This document shows positions 39,406-48,999 of a stretch of DNA of 64,000 bases, one piece after another. The translations under genes were made by a program, and so were the position numbers. Under the pieces are notes generated by a model. That model was not told the DNA's origin. It did no database searches and worked only from the letters and a program-made list of their open reading frames with translations. The DNA comes from Nannocystales bacterium. Lineage in GTDB: Bacteria > Myxococcota_A > Polyangia > Nannocystales > Nannocystaceae. The stretch covers positions 189,487 to 253,486 of the forward strand of contig JBOEGF010000015.1 of assembly GCA_050633305.1 (NCBI GenBank), read 5' to 3'. Numbering within the stretch: position 1 is the first letter of the stretch; each line of letters begins with the position of its first letter.

Positions 39406-40104
39406 ATGCTGCGCATTCTCATCCTATCCGCGTTGGTGTGTCTGGGCGGGCCCAAGCCCGGGGACGAACCGACCGACCCGTTCGCCGAATCGCGGCAGGC
39501 CATTGGGAAGGACATCGCCAAGCAGTTGGAGCCGGACCTCCCGGGGAACCTGCTCATCGGAGAGGTCTCGGTCCCCGCGACGTTTGTCCTCGAAGAGGGC
39601 GACTCGGTGCGGGCCCAGTGGAGGCGTACGCCCAAGGAGGGCAACGCCTTCGCGCTGGTGGAGTTGATGCGCAACGACATGGTGCAGCGCCGCGCCTTTG
39701 TGCGGGTCAAGTTGCTCGCAGTCCACGAGGTCCTGGTGGTGCAGCGCGAGCTCGCAGAGGGCGACGTCATCTCGGCTGGGGACTTGGAGCTCGAGCCTCG
39801 CATCGGAACCGAGGGGGTGGCGCTGGCACCGGTCAGTTTGGTTGGCTCCTCGGTCCTCGAGGACGTGGAGTTTGGCCAGCTGGTCACCTCGACCAACATC
39901 GCGCTTCCGACTCCGATCGCCCGAGGCACGGCCGTCAAGGTCGTCGTTCGGGTCGGGGGGGCGCGTATCGAAAGCCACGGCCGTTTGGAAGCCACGGCTC
40001 GCCCTGGCGAACGGGTGCGGGTTCGGGTGCGGGCCACACGAAAGGTCGTCCAGGGCCTTCTTGTCGACCCGAAGACCGTCGAGATGGAGGGGCAGGGCGC
40101 ATGA
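39406..40104 (+). CDS. flgA: P-ring chaperone FlgA
   Basis: Signal peptide, SAF domain, RGTAV...GERVRVR; between flgG and flgH. Confidence 0.85.
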   Translation: MLRILILSALVCLGGPKPGDEPTDPFAESRQAIGKDIAKQLEPDLPGNLLIGEVSVPATFVLEEGDSVRAQWRRTPKEGNAFALVELMRNDMVQRRAFVRVKLLAVHEVLVVQRELAEGDVISAGDLELEPRIGTEGVALAPVSLVGSSVLEDVEFGQLVTSTNIALPTPIARGTAVKVVVRVGGARIESHGRLEATARPGERVRVRVRATRKVVQGLLVDPKTVEMEGQGA

Positions 40105-40787
40105 AACACACGGTCCTTCTAGGCCTGAGCTTCTTGATCGCGGGGTGCGCTGGGCCACCGCGCCACATCGCCCCGTACTCCCCGAAGGAGCGGGAGTTCG
40201 ACCGCGGCCTCTATGCGCCCACCGCCGAGGCGTCGCCCGGCAGTCTCTACGCGGACCAACGCGGGCTGTTCGAGGACGACCGCGCCCGCCGGGTGGGGGA
40301 CCTGCTCGTCATCGAGATCGATGAACGGGAGACCGCGTCTCGCACCTCGTCCACCAAGCTGGGCCGAAAGGGCTCCAATGGTTTCACGGCGCCGAAGGCG
40401 TTTGGCCTGATGGCGAAGCTCAAGCGCAACTTCCCAGACATCGACCCCGTGGATCTGATGGCGCTCACCTCGGACCACAGCTTCAACGGCAACGGTCAAA
40501 CCCAACGCAGCGGGCGGCTCTCGGCGACGCTTCCGGTTCGCGTGAAAGACGTGATGCCCAATGGGGATCTGTTCGTCGAGGGCACCAACGTGGTGATGGT
40601 CTCCAACGAGGAGCACCATCTGTACGTCAGTGGTCTGGTGCGCCCGGTCGACATCGCGGCCAACAACACCGTGCCCTCGTCTCGCATCGCCAACGCCGAG
40701 ATCGAGTACATCGGGCGCGGGGATGTCAACGACCAGCAGCGTCCCGGATGGGGCTCCCGCGGGCTCACACGAGGGGCTCCGTTCTGA
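40101..40787 (+). CDS. flgH: L-ring lipoprotein FlgH
   Basis: IAGC lipobox, DDRARRVGD, PNGDLFVEG, SGLVRPVDI. Confidence 0.93.
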   Translation: MKHTVLLGLSFLIAGCAGPPRHIAPYSPKEREFDRGLYAPTAEASPGSLYADQRGLFEDDRARRVGDLLVIEIDERETASRTSSTKLGRKGSNGFTAPKAFGLMAKLKRNFPDIDPVDLMALTSDHSFNGNGQTQRSGRLSATLPVRVKDVMPNGDLFVEGTNVVMVSNEEHHLYVSGLVRPVDIAANNTVPSSRIANAEIEYIGRGDVNDQQRPGWGSRGLTRGAPF

Positions 40788-40867
40788 GCGGGGCGCGCGT
40801 CGCGAGAGCGACGTCCCCAAGTAGTCCTGGATCGATCTAGAACGCGCCGTACAAACGAATTCAAGAC

Positions 40868-41992
40868 ATGCGTACCCGCCTCCATAGCCTGATGGCAGCC
40901 ATTGCTCTGACCGCCGCGACGCTCGGTCATGTCGAGCCCGCGAGCGCCTCACGCTTGAAGGAACTTGCCGACGTGGAGGGCTTTCGCGAGAACCCGCTGG
41001 TCGGCTACGGCATCGTGGTCGGTTTGCAGGGCACCGGAGACAACAGCTCCGACATCGCCACGCGTCAGTCGCTCTCGCGCCTGATGAACCACCTCGGCGT
41101 TCAGGTCGACGCGGACCAGATCAAGGCGAAGAACGTCGCGGCGGTCATCGTGACCGGGACGCTTCCTGCGTTCTCGAAGCCAGGCGCGAAGATCAACGTC
41201 ACGGTGTCCTCCATGGGGTCTGCCAAGAGCCTGCAGGGCGGAACGCTCATCGCGACGCCGCTCAAGGCGAGCAACGCCAAGACCTACGCCGTTGCCCAAG
41301 GCAGCCTGTCGCTCGGGGGCTTTGCCGTCAGTGGCAAGAGCGGTTCGGGCACCACCAAGAACCATCCGACGGTCGGAAAGATCCCAAGCGGAGGAGTTCT
41401 GGAACTCGCAGCGCCGGGTACGATGCCCAAGGAGAAGGTCGTCTTGCTGTTGCGCGAGGCCGACTTCACCACCGCGACGCGCACCGCCAAGGCTATCAAT
41501 GCTCGCATGGGCCTGCCCCTCGCCAAGGTGCGGGATGCGGGGACGGTCGAAGTGAAGATCAGCCCGACCTGGACCAAGCGGGTCTCGGCATTGGTCGCAA
41601 CGCTCGAGTCGGTTGAGGTCACTCCCGACGCGCCCGCGCGGATCGTCATTAACGAGCGAACGGGCACGGTTGTCGTTGGCTCTCACGTGACGATCTCCGA
41701 GGTCGCCATCGCCCACGGCGGAATCACCGTGCGGGTGAAGGAGAAGAAAGTCGTGTCCCAGCCCGACGCCGGTGTCATCGGAGGCGGGAGTGGAGACACC
41801 AAGGTTGTTCCAGACTCCGAGGTTGAGGTCGAGGAAAGCGAAGGCGAGCTGCATCTCCTCGAAGGCGCGGCCAACGTGGGCGACGTGGCATCCGCGCTCA
41901 ACAGCTTGGGTGTGAAGCCGCGCGACCTCGCGGCCATCTTTCAGGCCCTTCAAGCCGCGGGTGCACTGCGGGCGGAGATCAAGTTCCTGTGA
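40868..41992 (+). CDS. flgI: P-ring protein FlgI
   Basis: NPLVGYGIVVGLQGTGD, NVAAV, INERTGTVV. Confidence 0.96.
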   Translation: MRTRLHSLMAAIALTAATLGHVEPASASRLKELADVEGFRENPLVGYGIVVGLQGTGDNSSDIATRQSLSRLMNHLGVQVDADQIKAKNVAAVIVTGTLPAFSKPGAKINVTVSSMGSAKSLQGGTLIATPLKASNAKTYAVAQGSLSLGGFAVSGKSGSGTTKNHPTVGKIPSGGVLELAAPGTMPKEKVVLLLREADFTTATRTAKAINARMGLPLAKVRDAGTVEVKISPTWTKRVSALVATLESVEVTPDAPARIVINERTGTVVVGSHVTISEVAIAHGGITVRVKEKKVVSQPDAGVIGGGSGDTKVVPDSEVEVEESEGELHLLEGAANVGDVASALNSLGVKPRDLAAIFQALQAAGALRAEIKFL

Positions 41993-42366
41993 GCGCGAGC
42001 AGCCCGATCGGTGGCGGTTCTTCGGACCAAGCTGGTGCCGCGAAGGCGGCGCAGCAGCTCGAGGCCTACTTCCTGCGTCAGGTGCTGTCGAAGATGCCCA
42101 AGGGGGCGATGTTCGGTGGCGATGGCGCGGCAGCCTCCACGATGCACGGGATGTTTACCGAGGCGATTGCGGACGCGGTCGCACAGAGCGGTGACGTTGG
42201 ACTCGCCGCGGAGCTACAGAGTGCGATCGCGGGAGCAGAACCGACCCAGGTGCCGCCCCCTGCGAATGAACAAGACCCGATGGTGGTCGCCGATGAGATC
42301 GCGGCGGTCCGAGTGCGTGAAGTCGGATCCACGATCGAACCGGTAGAGAACGAAGGAGCAGAATGA
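41989..42366 (+). CDS. flgJ: Short FlgJ (rod-binding domain only)
   Basis: AAQQLEAYFLRQVLSKM...GLAAEL after flgI; no glucosaminidase domain. Confidence 0.75.
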   Translation: MSASSPIGGGSSDQAGAAKAAQQLEAYFLRQVLSKMPKGAMFGGDGAAASTMHGMFTEAIADAVAQSGDVGLAAELQSAIAGAEPTQVPPPANEQDPMVVADEIAAVRVREVGSTIEPVENEGAE

Positions 42367-42644
42367 AAGTTGTAGGACAACCCGTGCGCAATGACCTGCC
42401 GCTCGCGGCGGACGCAGAGCGCGTCAAGACCGCCCGAGCAGACAGTCCAGCGCGGACAGAAGCCGATAGCGTCAAGTTCTCGAGCTCAGCGAACGAGGCC
42501 GCGGTCTCGCTGTCTTCGGACGGCGCCGCTGCTTCGGAGCGGGTCGCTCGGATCAAGGCCGACATCGAGTCGGGCGGCTACCCGATCGACTTCGAAAAGC
42601 TCGCGGAGAAGATTCTCGACGACGAGCTGGGGCGTTTCCTGTGA
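42363..42644 (+). CDS. flgM: Anti-sigma28 factor
   Basis: DSVKFS...ERVARIKADIESGGYPID...AEKIL. Confidence 0.88.
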   Translation: MKVVGQPVRNDLPLAADAERVKTARADSPARTEADSVKFSSSANEAAVSLSSDGAAASERVARIKADIESGGYPIDFEKLAEKILDDELGRFL

Positions 42645-43021
42645 TCGAGGCACTTCGCGAGTTGCTCGACGGGTTGGGGGAGGTCCTCGACGCGGAGCGC
42701 AATGCAATCGCAGCGCTCGACCTCGCGTCCTTGGAGTTTCTCACCGCGGAGAAAACCCACCTCACGCAGTCCGTGGAGACTGAGTTGGTGCGGCCCGAGT
42801 TCCGCGATGACCCGACGCGGCGTCGTGAAGTGGCACGGGTGATTTCATCTCTGCGCCGCAAGGCCGCGGTCAACAGCATCTTGCTGCAGGATGCGCAGAG
42901 CATGTTGTCGCGGGTGCGTCCCGACGTCCCCGTGCGGCTCACCTACGACGCACGCGCCTGCAACGTCCGCGCTCGCGCGGCCAACGAGCAGGGCATGGCT
43001 CGAACGGGCGTCAATGACTAA
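42641..43021 (+). CDS. flgN: Export chaperone FlgN-like
   Basis: Helical 126-aa ORF between flgM and flgK. Confidence 0.7.
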   Translation: MIEALRELLDGLGEVLDAERNAIAALDLASLEFLTAEKTHLTQSVETELVRPEFRDDPTRRREVARVISSLRRKAAVNSILLQDAQSMLSRVRPDVPVRLTYDARACNVRARAANEQGMARTGVND

Positions 43022-44375
43022 CTTGTTCGGACTGTTGGGGCTCGGAGGTCGTGCCTACCAGGCGCACTCCGCAGGCGTCGCCACCATCGGCAACAACGTC
43101 TCCAACGTTTCGACCGAGGGTTATTCTCGGCAGCGAGTCGAACTGGGCGCTGACATTGTCCTGGGCGGCGTGCGGGCCGACGGCTCCTACCGCAGTGAGG
43201 ATCTCCTGTTGGCCTCGCGAGAGCGAGACAACGCGAGTTCGCTCGGGTTTGCGTCGTCGAGTACCAGCGCGCTGTTGGGCTTGGATGCGTCGCTGGCCGC
43301 AGGTGGCTCGGCGCTCCCCGAATCGATCTCAGCTTTCTTCGATGGCCTCAACGCGTTGCAAGCGTCCCCGCTTGACGGCGCGCGGATGCAAGACGTCGTG
43401 CAACGTGCACGGTCGATGGCGGAGGGATTCTCCGACGCCGCAACCGCGATCACGACCTCTGCCGAGAACGCTCAGTACAGGGCCGAGACGCTGGCCGGCG
43501 AGATCAACGAACTCTCCTCGACCATCGCCGCCGCAAACGAAACGCTCACGCTCTACGACAACCCTGGTGTTGCCGACCAGCGAGACCTCGCCGCGGCCCG
43601 CCTGGCGGAGCTTGTTGGGGGATCTGGGCGGATCGACCCCGACGGGAACATGCGCTTTGTTGCCAACGGCGGCGCAGTCCTCGTGGATGGCGACCGAACC
43701 CACCCGTTGAACGTGAGCTCGGTTCCCTCAGACCCGACGTCGATCACCGTCACGGTTGGCTCGGGCCCCTCGGCTCGAGATGTGACCACGGAGATCGGAG
43801 CCGGCCAACTCGGGGCGGAGATCGAGTTCATCACAGGTACGGTCGGCGCCACGATGACCCAGCTCGACGAGTTGGCCTTTGACTTCGCCACCGCCGTCAA
43901 CGGGATTCACACCGCCGGTCAAGCCGCAGACGGCACCACCGGGTTGGCGGTGTTCGACATCCCTCTGGGTCCGGGGGGGGCCGCCGCGGCGATCTCCGTC
44001 AACCAGGTCCTCCAGGATGACCCCTCGCTGCTTGCGACTGCAACCCTCGGTGAGCCGGCTGGCGACATCGGCGGCATCACGAGTCTTCTCGCGCTTCGAG
44101 AAGGGTTGACCGCCGCGGGTGGAACACGAACCGCGACCGACGAGGCGATCAACATTCTCTCCGGCGTTGGGCGACTGGCCAACGACGCTCAGGCTTCTGA
44201 GAGCCTCCACCGTGCTCGAGGCGAGATGCTCGACGCTCAGCGAGACGCACTGTCTGGCGTGAGCATCGAAGAGGAGATGCTCCGCCTCTCCGAGTTCCAG
44301 CGCGCCGCAGAGGCTGCGTCGACTTACGTTTCGACGATCGACCAGATGCTCTCCAACCTGCTCGCAACGCTCTAA
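43014..44375 (+). CDS. flgK: Hook-filament junction protein FlgK
   Basis: NNVSNVSTEGYSRQRV, DQRD, SGVSIEEEM..FQRA. Confidence 0.93.
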   Translation: MTNLFGLLGLGGRAYQAHSAGVATIGNNVSNVSTEGYSRQRVELGADIVLGGVRADGSYRSEDLLLASRERDNASSLGFASSSTSALLGLDASLAAGGSALPESISAFFDGLNALQASPLDGARMQDVVQRARSMAEGFSDAATAITTSAENAQYRAETLAGEINELSSTIAAANETLTLYDNPGVADQRDLAAARLAELVGGSGRIDPDGNMRFVANGGAVLVDGDRTHPLNVSSVPSDPTSITVTVGSGPSARDVTTEIGAGQLGAEIEFITGTVGATMTQLDELAFDFATAVNGIHTAGQAADGTTGLAVFDIPLGPGGAAAAISVNQVLQDDPSLLATATLGEPAGDIGGITSLLALREGLTAAGGTRTATDEAINILSGVGRLANDAQASESLHRARGEMLDAQRDALSGVSIEEEMLRLSEFQRAAEAASTYVSTIDQMLSNLLATL

Positions 44376-44398
44376 GCCGACCGCACGAAAGGAACACC

Positions 44399-45277
44399 AT
44401 GCGCATCACCGAAACCCGAATGCTGCGGCTGATGAGCAGCCGGACGATGGATACGCAGAACTCCATCGCAAAGGCTGGCACTCAGGTCACGACGGGGGTG
44501 GAGGTCCAGCGACCGTCCGATGACCCCGTTCGCTGGGCTGACGGCATGCGGACAAAGCTGAGCATGGACCGGCGGGACATGCATGAGTCCACTGTCGAAC
44601 GGGCACGAGACAACCTGACCCGAGTCGATGCCGCGCTCGGCGACTTGGTCGACGGAATGGGCCGGGTTCGGGAGTTGGCGATGCTCGGCGCAAGTGAGAG
44701 CTACGACGCCTCGGGCCGGACCGCAGCCGCGATCGAGATTGGGACGCTTTTCGACAGTATGCTCGCTTCGGCGAACGTGCGTTCGATCGACGGGGAGTAT
44801 CTCCTTGCAGGGTCGAACAGCGATGTCCCTCCGTTCGATGCTGCTGGCGTCTACACCGGGAATGACATCTCGAGAACGCTCGAGACCAGCGAGGGCACCT
44901 TCAAACAGGTCGGGGTGACCGGCACGGTTCTCACGGCCGCCGAAGGCGTGGACGTTTTCGGAACGATATCGGGGTTGCAGGCCGCTCTGGCGGCCAACGA
45001 CCCGGTTGCCGTACGAGGTTTCCTCGACAACGACCTCGCGGAGGCCCTCGAGCAGTTGGCCTACGCGCAAGTCGAGACCGGGGTGACGTCCAACTCGTTG
45101 GACGAGAGCCTCGGCATGCTCGACGACCTCGAAGTCTCTTTGACACAGTCCTTTGAAGGTTCCATCGGCGCGGACCCGATCGAGGCAGCAACGTGGCTTG
45201 CAAACTTGAGCAACGAGCTCGAAGCGAGCCGCGTCGTTTCGGAACGGATCGTCTCTCTCATGTCCTTAGGCGGCTGA
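44399..45277 (+). CDS. flgL: Hook-filament junction protein FlgL
   Basis: MRIT, RPSDDP, GEYLLAG. Confidence 0.9.
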   Translation: MRITETRMLRLMSSRTMDTQNSIAKAGTQVTTGVEVQRPSDDPVRWADGMRTKLSMDRRDMHESTVERARDNLTRVDAALGDLVDGMGRVRELAMLGASESYDASGRTAAAIEIGTLFDSMLASANVRSIDGEYLLAGSNSDVPPFDAAGVYTGNDISRTLETSEGTFKQVGVTGTVLTAAEGVDVFGTISGLQAALAANDPVAVRGFLDNDLAEALEQLAYAQVETGVTSNSLDESLGMLDDLEVSLTQSFEGSIGADPIEAATWLANLSNELEASRVVSERIVSLMSLGG

Positions 45278-45292
45278 AGCAACCCCGGGGGG

Positions 45293-45319
45293 TAAACCAA
45301 GTTCGGGTTGGACCGAATC
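45293..45319 (+). promoter_or_regulatory. Sigma28-like promoter of flagellin 2
   Basis: TAAA-N15-ACCGAATC upstream of the flagellin ATG. Confidence 0.7.
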
Positions 45320-45394
45320 TCCCTGTGAAGCCGGAACGAATCGTCCGGCACCGAAACCGACCCCCCCAACATCCCCCAACAAGAGGAACGCAAG

Positions 45395-46222
45395 ATGACC
45401 TTCTCGATGATCAGCAACGCCACCAGCCTTGGCGCTCAAAAGAACTTCATGATGACCCAGAAGAACCTGGGTAAGTCGATTGGCCGACTGAGCTCCGGCC
45501 TGCGGATTCAGAGCGCGGCCGACGACGCCGCCGGGATGGGCATTTCCTCGGTCATGACGGCCGACATCCGCAGCGTTGGTCAGGCCGAGCGAAACGCGAA
45601 CGACGCCATCTCGATGATTCAGATCGCCGAGGGTGCGATGAACGAGCAGCAGAACATCATGGGTCGCCTCCGAGAGCTGGCCGTCCAAAGCGCCAACGGT
45701 GCTCTCTCGAACAACGAGCGTGCCTTCATCGATGTTGAGCAGACGCAGCTGGTCGCGGAGATCGACCGTATCTCGAGCGTCAGTGAATTCAACAGCTTCA
45801 ACATGCTCGGTGGCGACGCCGGCACGTTTGCCATGCAGGTTGGCAAGGACGCCGTCGCGGGTGTCGACACCGTCGACATCACGTTCGCGGCGACTGACTC
45901 CGCCACGCTGGGCGTCAACGCCATGGACTTCACCACTGCCGCGGGTGCACAGACGGCCCTGGGCACCATCGACACCGCCATCGCGAGTTTGTCGACTGGT
46001 CGTGCCAACCTTGGTGCGTCGCAGAACCGGCTGGAGATCACGGTCTCGAACCTCCGGGTGGAGGAAGAGAACCTCACCTCTGCGAACGCTCGGATTCGAG
46101 ATGTGGACGTGGCCCGTGAAACGGCGTCGCTGACACGAGCTCAAATCATGTCGCAGGCTGGTACCGCAATGCTCGCGCAGGCCAACCAGCTTCCGCAGTC
46201 GGCACTCCAGCTCCTCGGGTAA
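45395..46222 (+). CDS. fliC: Flagellin 2 (275 aa)
   Basis: Close paralogue of flagellin 1; long identical blocks such as MIQIAEGAMNEQQNIMGRLRELAVQSANGA. Confidence 0.96.
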   Translation: MTFSMISNATSLGAQKNFMMTQKNLGKSIGRLSSGLRIQSAADDAAGMGISSVMTADIRSVGQAERNANDAISMIQIAEGAMNEQQNIMGRLRELAVQSANGALSNNERAFIDVEQTQLVAEIDRISSVSEFNSFNMLGGDAGTFAMQVGKDAVAGVDTVDITFAATDSATLGVNAMDFTTAAGAQTALGTIDTAIASLSTGRANLGASQNRLEITVSNLRVEEENLTSANARIRDVDVARETASLTRAQIMSQAGTAMLAQANQLPQSALQLLG

Positions 46223-46242
46223 CCCCCACCGGTCGGTTTCTA

Positions 46243-46283
46243 GGCGCCACCTCTCCCCCGGGGTGGCGCCACCTTCCATTTTT
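46243..46283 (+). terminator. Probable terminator/stabilising hairpin after flagellin 2
   Basis: GGCGCCACC...GGTGGCGCC stem followed, after a short gap, by ATTTTT. Confidence 0.6.
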
Positions 46284-46307
46284 CCAACACAAGGTTTCTA
46301 ACGCACC

Positions 46308-47618
46308 ATGGGCATCAGCTTCGGCGGACTCTCTACCGGACTCGACACAGCGGCACTCATCGACGCCTTCGTCGGCATCGAGGACGCTCGCGCCGGGGCG
46401 CTCGAGGCCGAACAGGCCGCGACACGCCAGCAGCAGGCCGTCGTCAAAGACATTTCCGAAGCGGTCGAAGCTCTCGCCGAAGCGGCTGAGGGCCTGGATA
46501 CCGCGGACGAAATCCGGGTACTCAGCGCGACGTCAACGAGTGACCAGATCAAGGTCACCGGAAGCAGCGACGCGCTCCAGGGCGTCTACGATATCTCAGT
46601 CACCAACCTCGCCCGCGCTGAGACGAGCCGGTCGTTTGGCTTTGCCGACGACGCGGCCGGAGTGCTGGGCGGCGCTGGAACACTCTCGATTACCTCGGGA
46701 GCGGACACGGTCGATGTTGCGTACGACGACACGATGTCCCTGTCCGACGTGGCGCAAGCGATCAACGACTCCGACGCAGAGGTGTCGGCGTCGGTGCTCT
46801 TCGACGGCACCGTGCACCGATTGCAGGTGACCTCCCAGGAGACCGGCCTCGCCAACGCGTTGTCGTTCACGGACTCTGGCGGGCTTACCGGCCTGGATGC
46901 AGTCGCGGCCGAAGTCGTGTCCGCTGAAGACGCCGAGTTCACCATCGCGGGGACCACGGTCACTCGCTCGTCCAACGTTGTCGATGATGCGATCGCCGGG
47001 GTGACGCTCGAGCTTCTCGCCGAGGGCGTGACCGATGCTCGCATCGATGTGAAAGCCGATCCCGAGGCCATCACCGAGAAGATGCAGGGCTACGTCGACG
47101 CGCTCAACGCGGTCACGAGCCAGATCCAACGCCAGCTGAACCTCGTGGGCGACTCGGCTCCCGAAGGCTCGCTGTTTGGCGACCGGACCCTCCAGATGTT
47201 GCAACGCGACATCAACAGCATCACCTCGGGATTCTTCGGCCCCGACAATGCCCGGCTTGCCGATTTTGGACTCGAGGTCAATCAACAAGGCGAGTTCGAC
47301 TTCGACGCCGAAGCCTTTACGGCAGCGGTCGCAGGTGGGACCGAAGACCTCGAGAATCTCTTCGTCGGAGACACGGGTCTGCAAGCTGCCTTCGTAGACC
47401 TGAGCGATCGTTATACCGACTCGATCGACGGGGTGCTCTCGGTCAAGGACGACGCGCTCCAGGATCTTGTCGACCGCCTCGACGACCGGATCACGAGAAT
47501 CGACGACGGTGCCGCGCGACTGAGAGATCGTCTGACTTCGCAGTTCACGAACCTCGAGGAACGCATCGCCGAAATTAACGCACAAGGCAGCCAACTGTTG
47601 GCCTTCTTGGGAATCTAG
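46308..47618 (+). CDS. fliD: Filament cap protein
   Basis: ISFGGLSTGLDT, VTRSSNVVDDAIAGVTL, C-terminal QFTNLE coiled coil. Confidence 0.93.
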   Translation: MGISFGGLSTGLDTAALIDAFVGIEDARAGALEAEQAATRQQQAVVKDISEAVEALAEAAEGLDTADEIRVLSATSTSDQIKVTGSSDALQGVYDISVTNLARAETSRSFGFADDAAGVLGGAGTLSITSGADTVDVAYDDTMSLSDVAQAINDSDAEVSASVLFDGTVHRLQVTSQETGLANALSFTDSGGLTGLDAVAAEVVSAEDAEFTIAGTTVTRSSNVVDDAIAGVTLELLAEGVTDARIDVKADPEAITEKMQGYVDALNAVTSQIQRQLNLVGDSAPEGSLFGDRTLQMLQRDINSITSGFFGPDNARLADFGLEVNQQGEFDFDAEAFTAAVAGGTEDLENLFVGDTGLQAAFVDLSDRYTDSIDGVLSVKDDALQDLVDRLDDRITRIDDGAARLRDRLTSQFTNLEERIAEINAQGSQLLAFLGI

Positions 47619-47624
47619 ACCGCC

Positions 47625-47996
47625 ATGTATCAAGCACGCGCGAACGCATACAAGACCGTAGGGGTCCAATCCGCTTCCCCGCAGCGAATCCTCGACGAGG
47701 TATTCCAACGGATTGAGCTGGATTGCCAACGAGCGATCACTGCGATTGAGAGCAACGACGTGAAGGCGCGCTGCGAGCAGCTCAGTCACGCGATCAAATT
47801 GATCGGGGCGCTCGAGGTCAGCCTCGACAGCGAACTCGCCCCCGAGCTTTGCGAAAACCTCATCGGGCTCTACGGCTACATCCGGGCCCGACTCGTGGAC
47901 GCAAACCTCAAGCCCGCAGTAGAGCCAGTGCAAGAGGCGATGGATCTGGTCCGCGAAGTGCACAGCTCGTTTCAAGCAGCGCAGAAGGCAGCGTAG
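47625..47996 (+). CDS. fliS: Flagellin chaperone
   Basis: AY...VQSASP, SLD...NLIGLYGYI..RLVDAN. Confidence 0.92.
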   Translation: MYQARANAYKTVGVQSASPQRILDEVFQRIELDCQRAITAIESNDVKARCEQLSHAIKLIGALEVSLDSELAPELCENLIGLYGYIRARLVDANLKPAVEPVQEAMDLVREVHSSFQAAQKAA

Positions 47997-48195
47997 CGAG
48001 CGGACGGCGTCGGTTCCGGCGCGCGGCCCTCGAGAGATTCACGTGGCGGCTGGGGACAGCCTTGAAGGCGCCCCAGAAGGTGGCGACAGCCGACTCACCG
48101 GTCTGCTGCGGCGGAGGCTGGCCCTCACGCTCGAGTCTGACGGCGCGGTTGAGCGGCACTCCGGCGGCACTCCGGCGACCGTGCGCCGACGCCCG

Positions 48196-48999
48196 TCAAC
48201 AGAACGGTCCGGAGCCCTGCCGGTGGGCGCAGCTGTTGCTGCAGTCGTCGAAGTCGTCGTCGTTCCCGTCGTCACACTCCTCGAGGTCGTTGTCGGTGAC
48301 CCCGTTTCCGCAGGACGGAATCGGTGCGCAGCACAGGGCGGCGAGCACGGTCTCGTTGCAGCCGAGGTTGGTCGGGCAATCGACGCGTGACGACCCAATC
48401 TCGCAGCTGTCGGGCCCATCGACGCTGAAGTCGTGGCTCGTGTAGTGCCCCGAACCGCCCAGAGCACGGCAGCGGATGGCACCGACAGCGGGGACGTCCT
48501 GAAGCTGGATGGAGACGCCGTCGTTGAGCTGCACATGCTCAGTCCACGAGCACAGATGCCAGCCGGGCGCGCACAGGCTGGCGAAGTCTTTTTCGCAGGT
48601 GTTGTCGCTGGCGTCCTTACACACGCCAATACCGCGCTCGAAGTCTTCGCCAAGGGTCGAACTCTGTGAACCGCACGCATGGGGTTCGCTCCTGCACGCG
48701 GCGCTACAGCCGTCACCCGAGCGATCGTTGCCGTCGTCGCAGTCTTCCTCTGGGTCCAGAGCCCCGTCACCACAGTACGGCTGGGGCGAGTTGCCGGAGT
48801 TGCCATCCGTGGTTCCTCCGCCGGACGAGTCGCTGCTCGCGTCTTGGGGAAGCCCCGTCACGCTGCTGCCTGCTGCGGGGACGACCGGTGTCTCGCTGAC
48901 CACGCTGTCGGCAGGATCTGGATCGCTGTCGTCGATGATGTCCTGGAAACAGCCTGAGAAGAGGAGGGCGACAGGGAGCGCGAGGTGGTTGGATCTCAT
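48196..48999 (-). CDS. Lipoprotein with two Myxococcus cysteine-rich repeats (DUF4215-like)
   Basis: LFSGC lipobox; CGDGALDPEEDCDDGN...DGCSAAC and CGNG...EECDDGN...CSNSC; ATGA overlap with the upstream gene. Confidence 0.85.
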   Translation of the reverse strand: MRSNHLALPVALLFSGCFQDIIDDSDPDPADSVVSETPVVPAAGSSVTGLPQDASSDSSGGGTTDGNSGNSPQPYCGDGALDPEEDCDDGNDRSGDGCSAACRSEPHACGSQSSTLGEDFERGIGVCKDASDNTCEKDFASLCAPGWHLCSWTEHVQLNDGVSIQLQDVPAVGAIRCRALGGSGHYTSHDFSVDGPDSCEIGSSRVDCPTNLGCNETVLAALCCAPIPSCGNGVTDNDLEECDDGNDDDFDDCSNSCAHRQGSGPFC

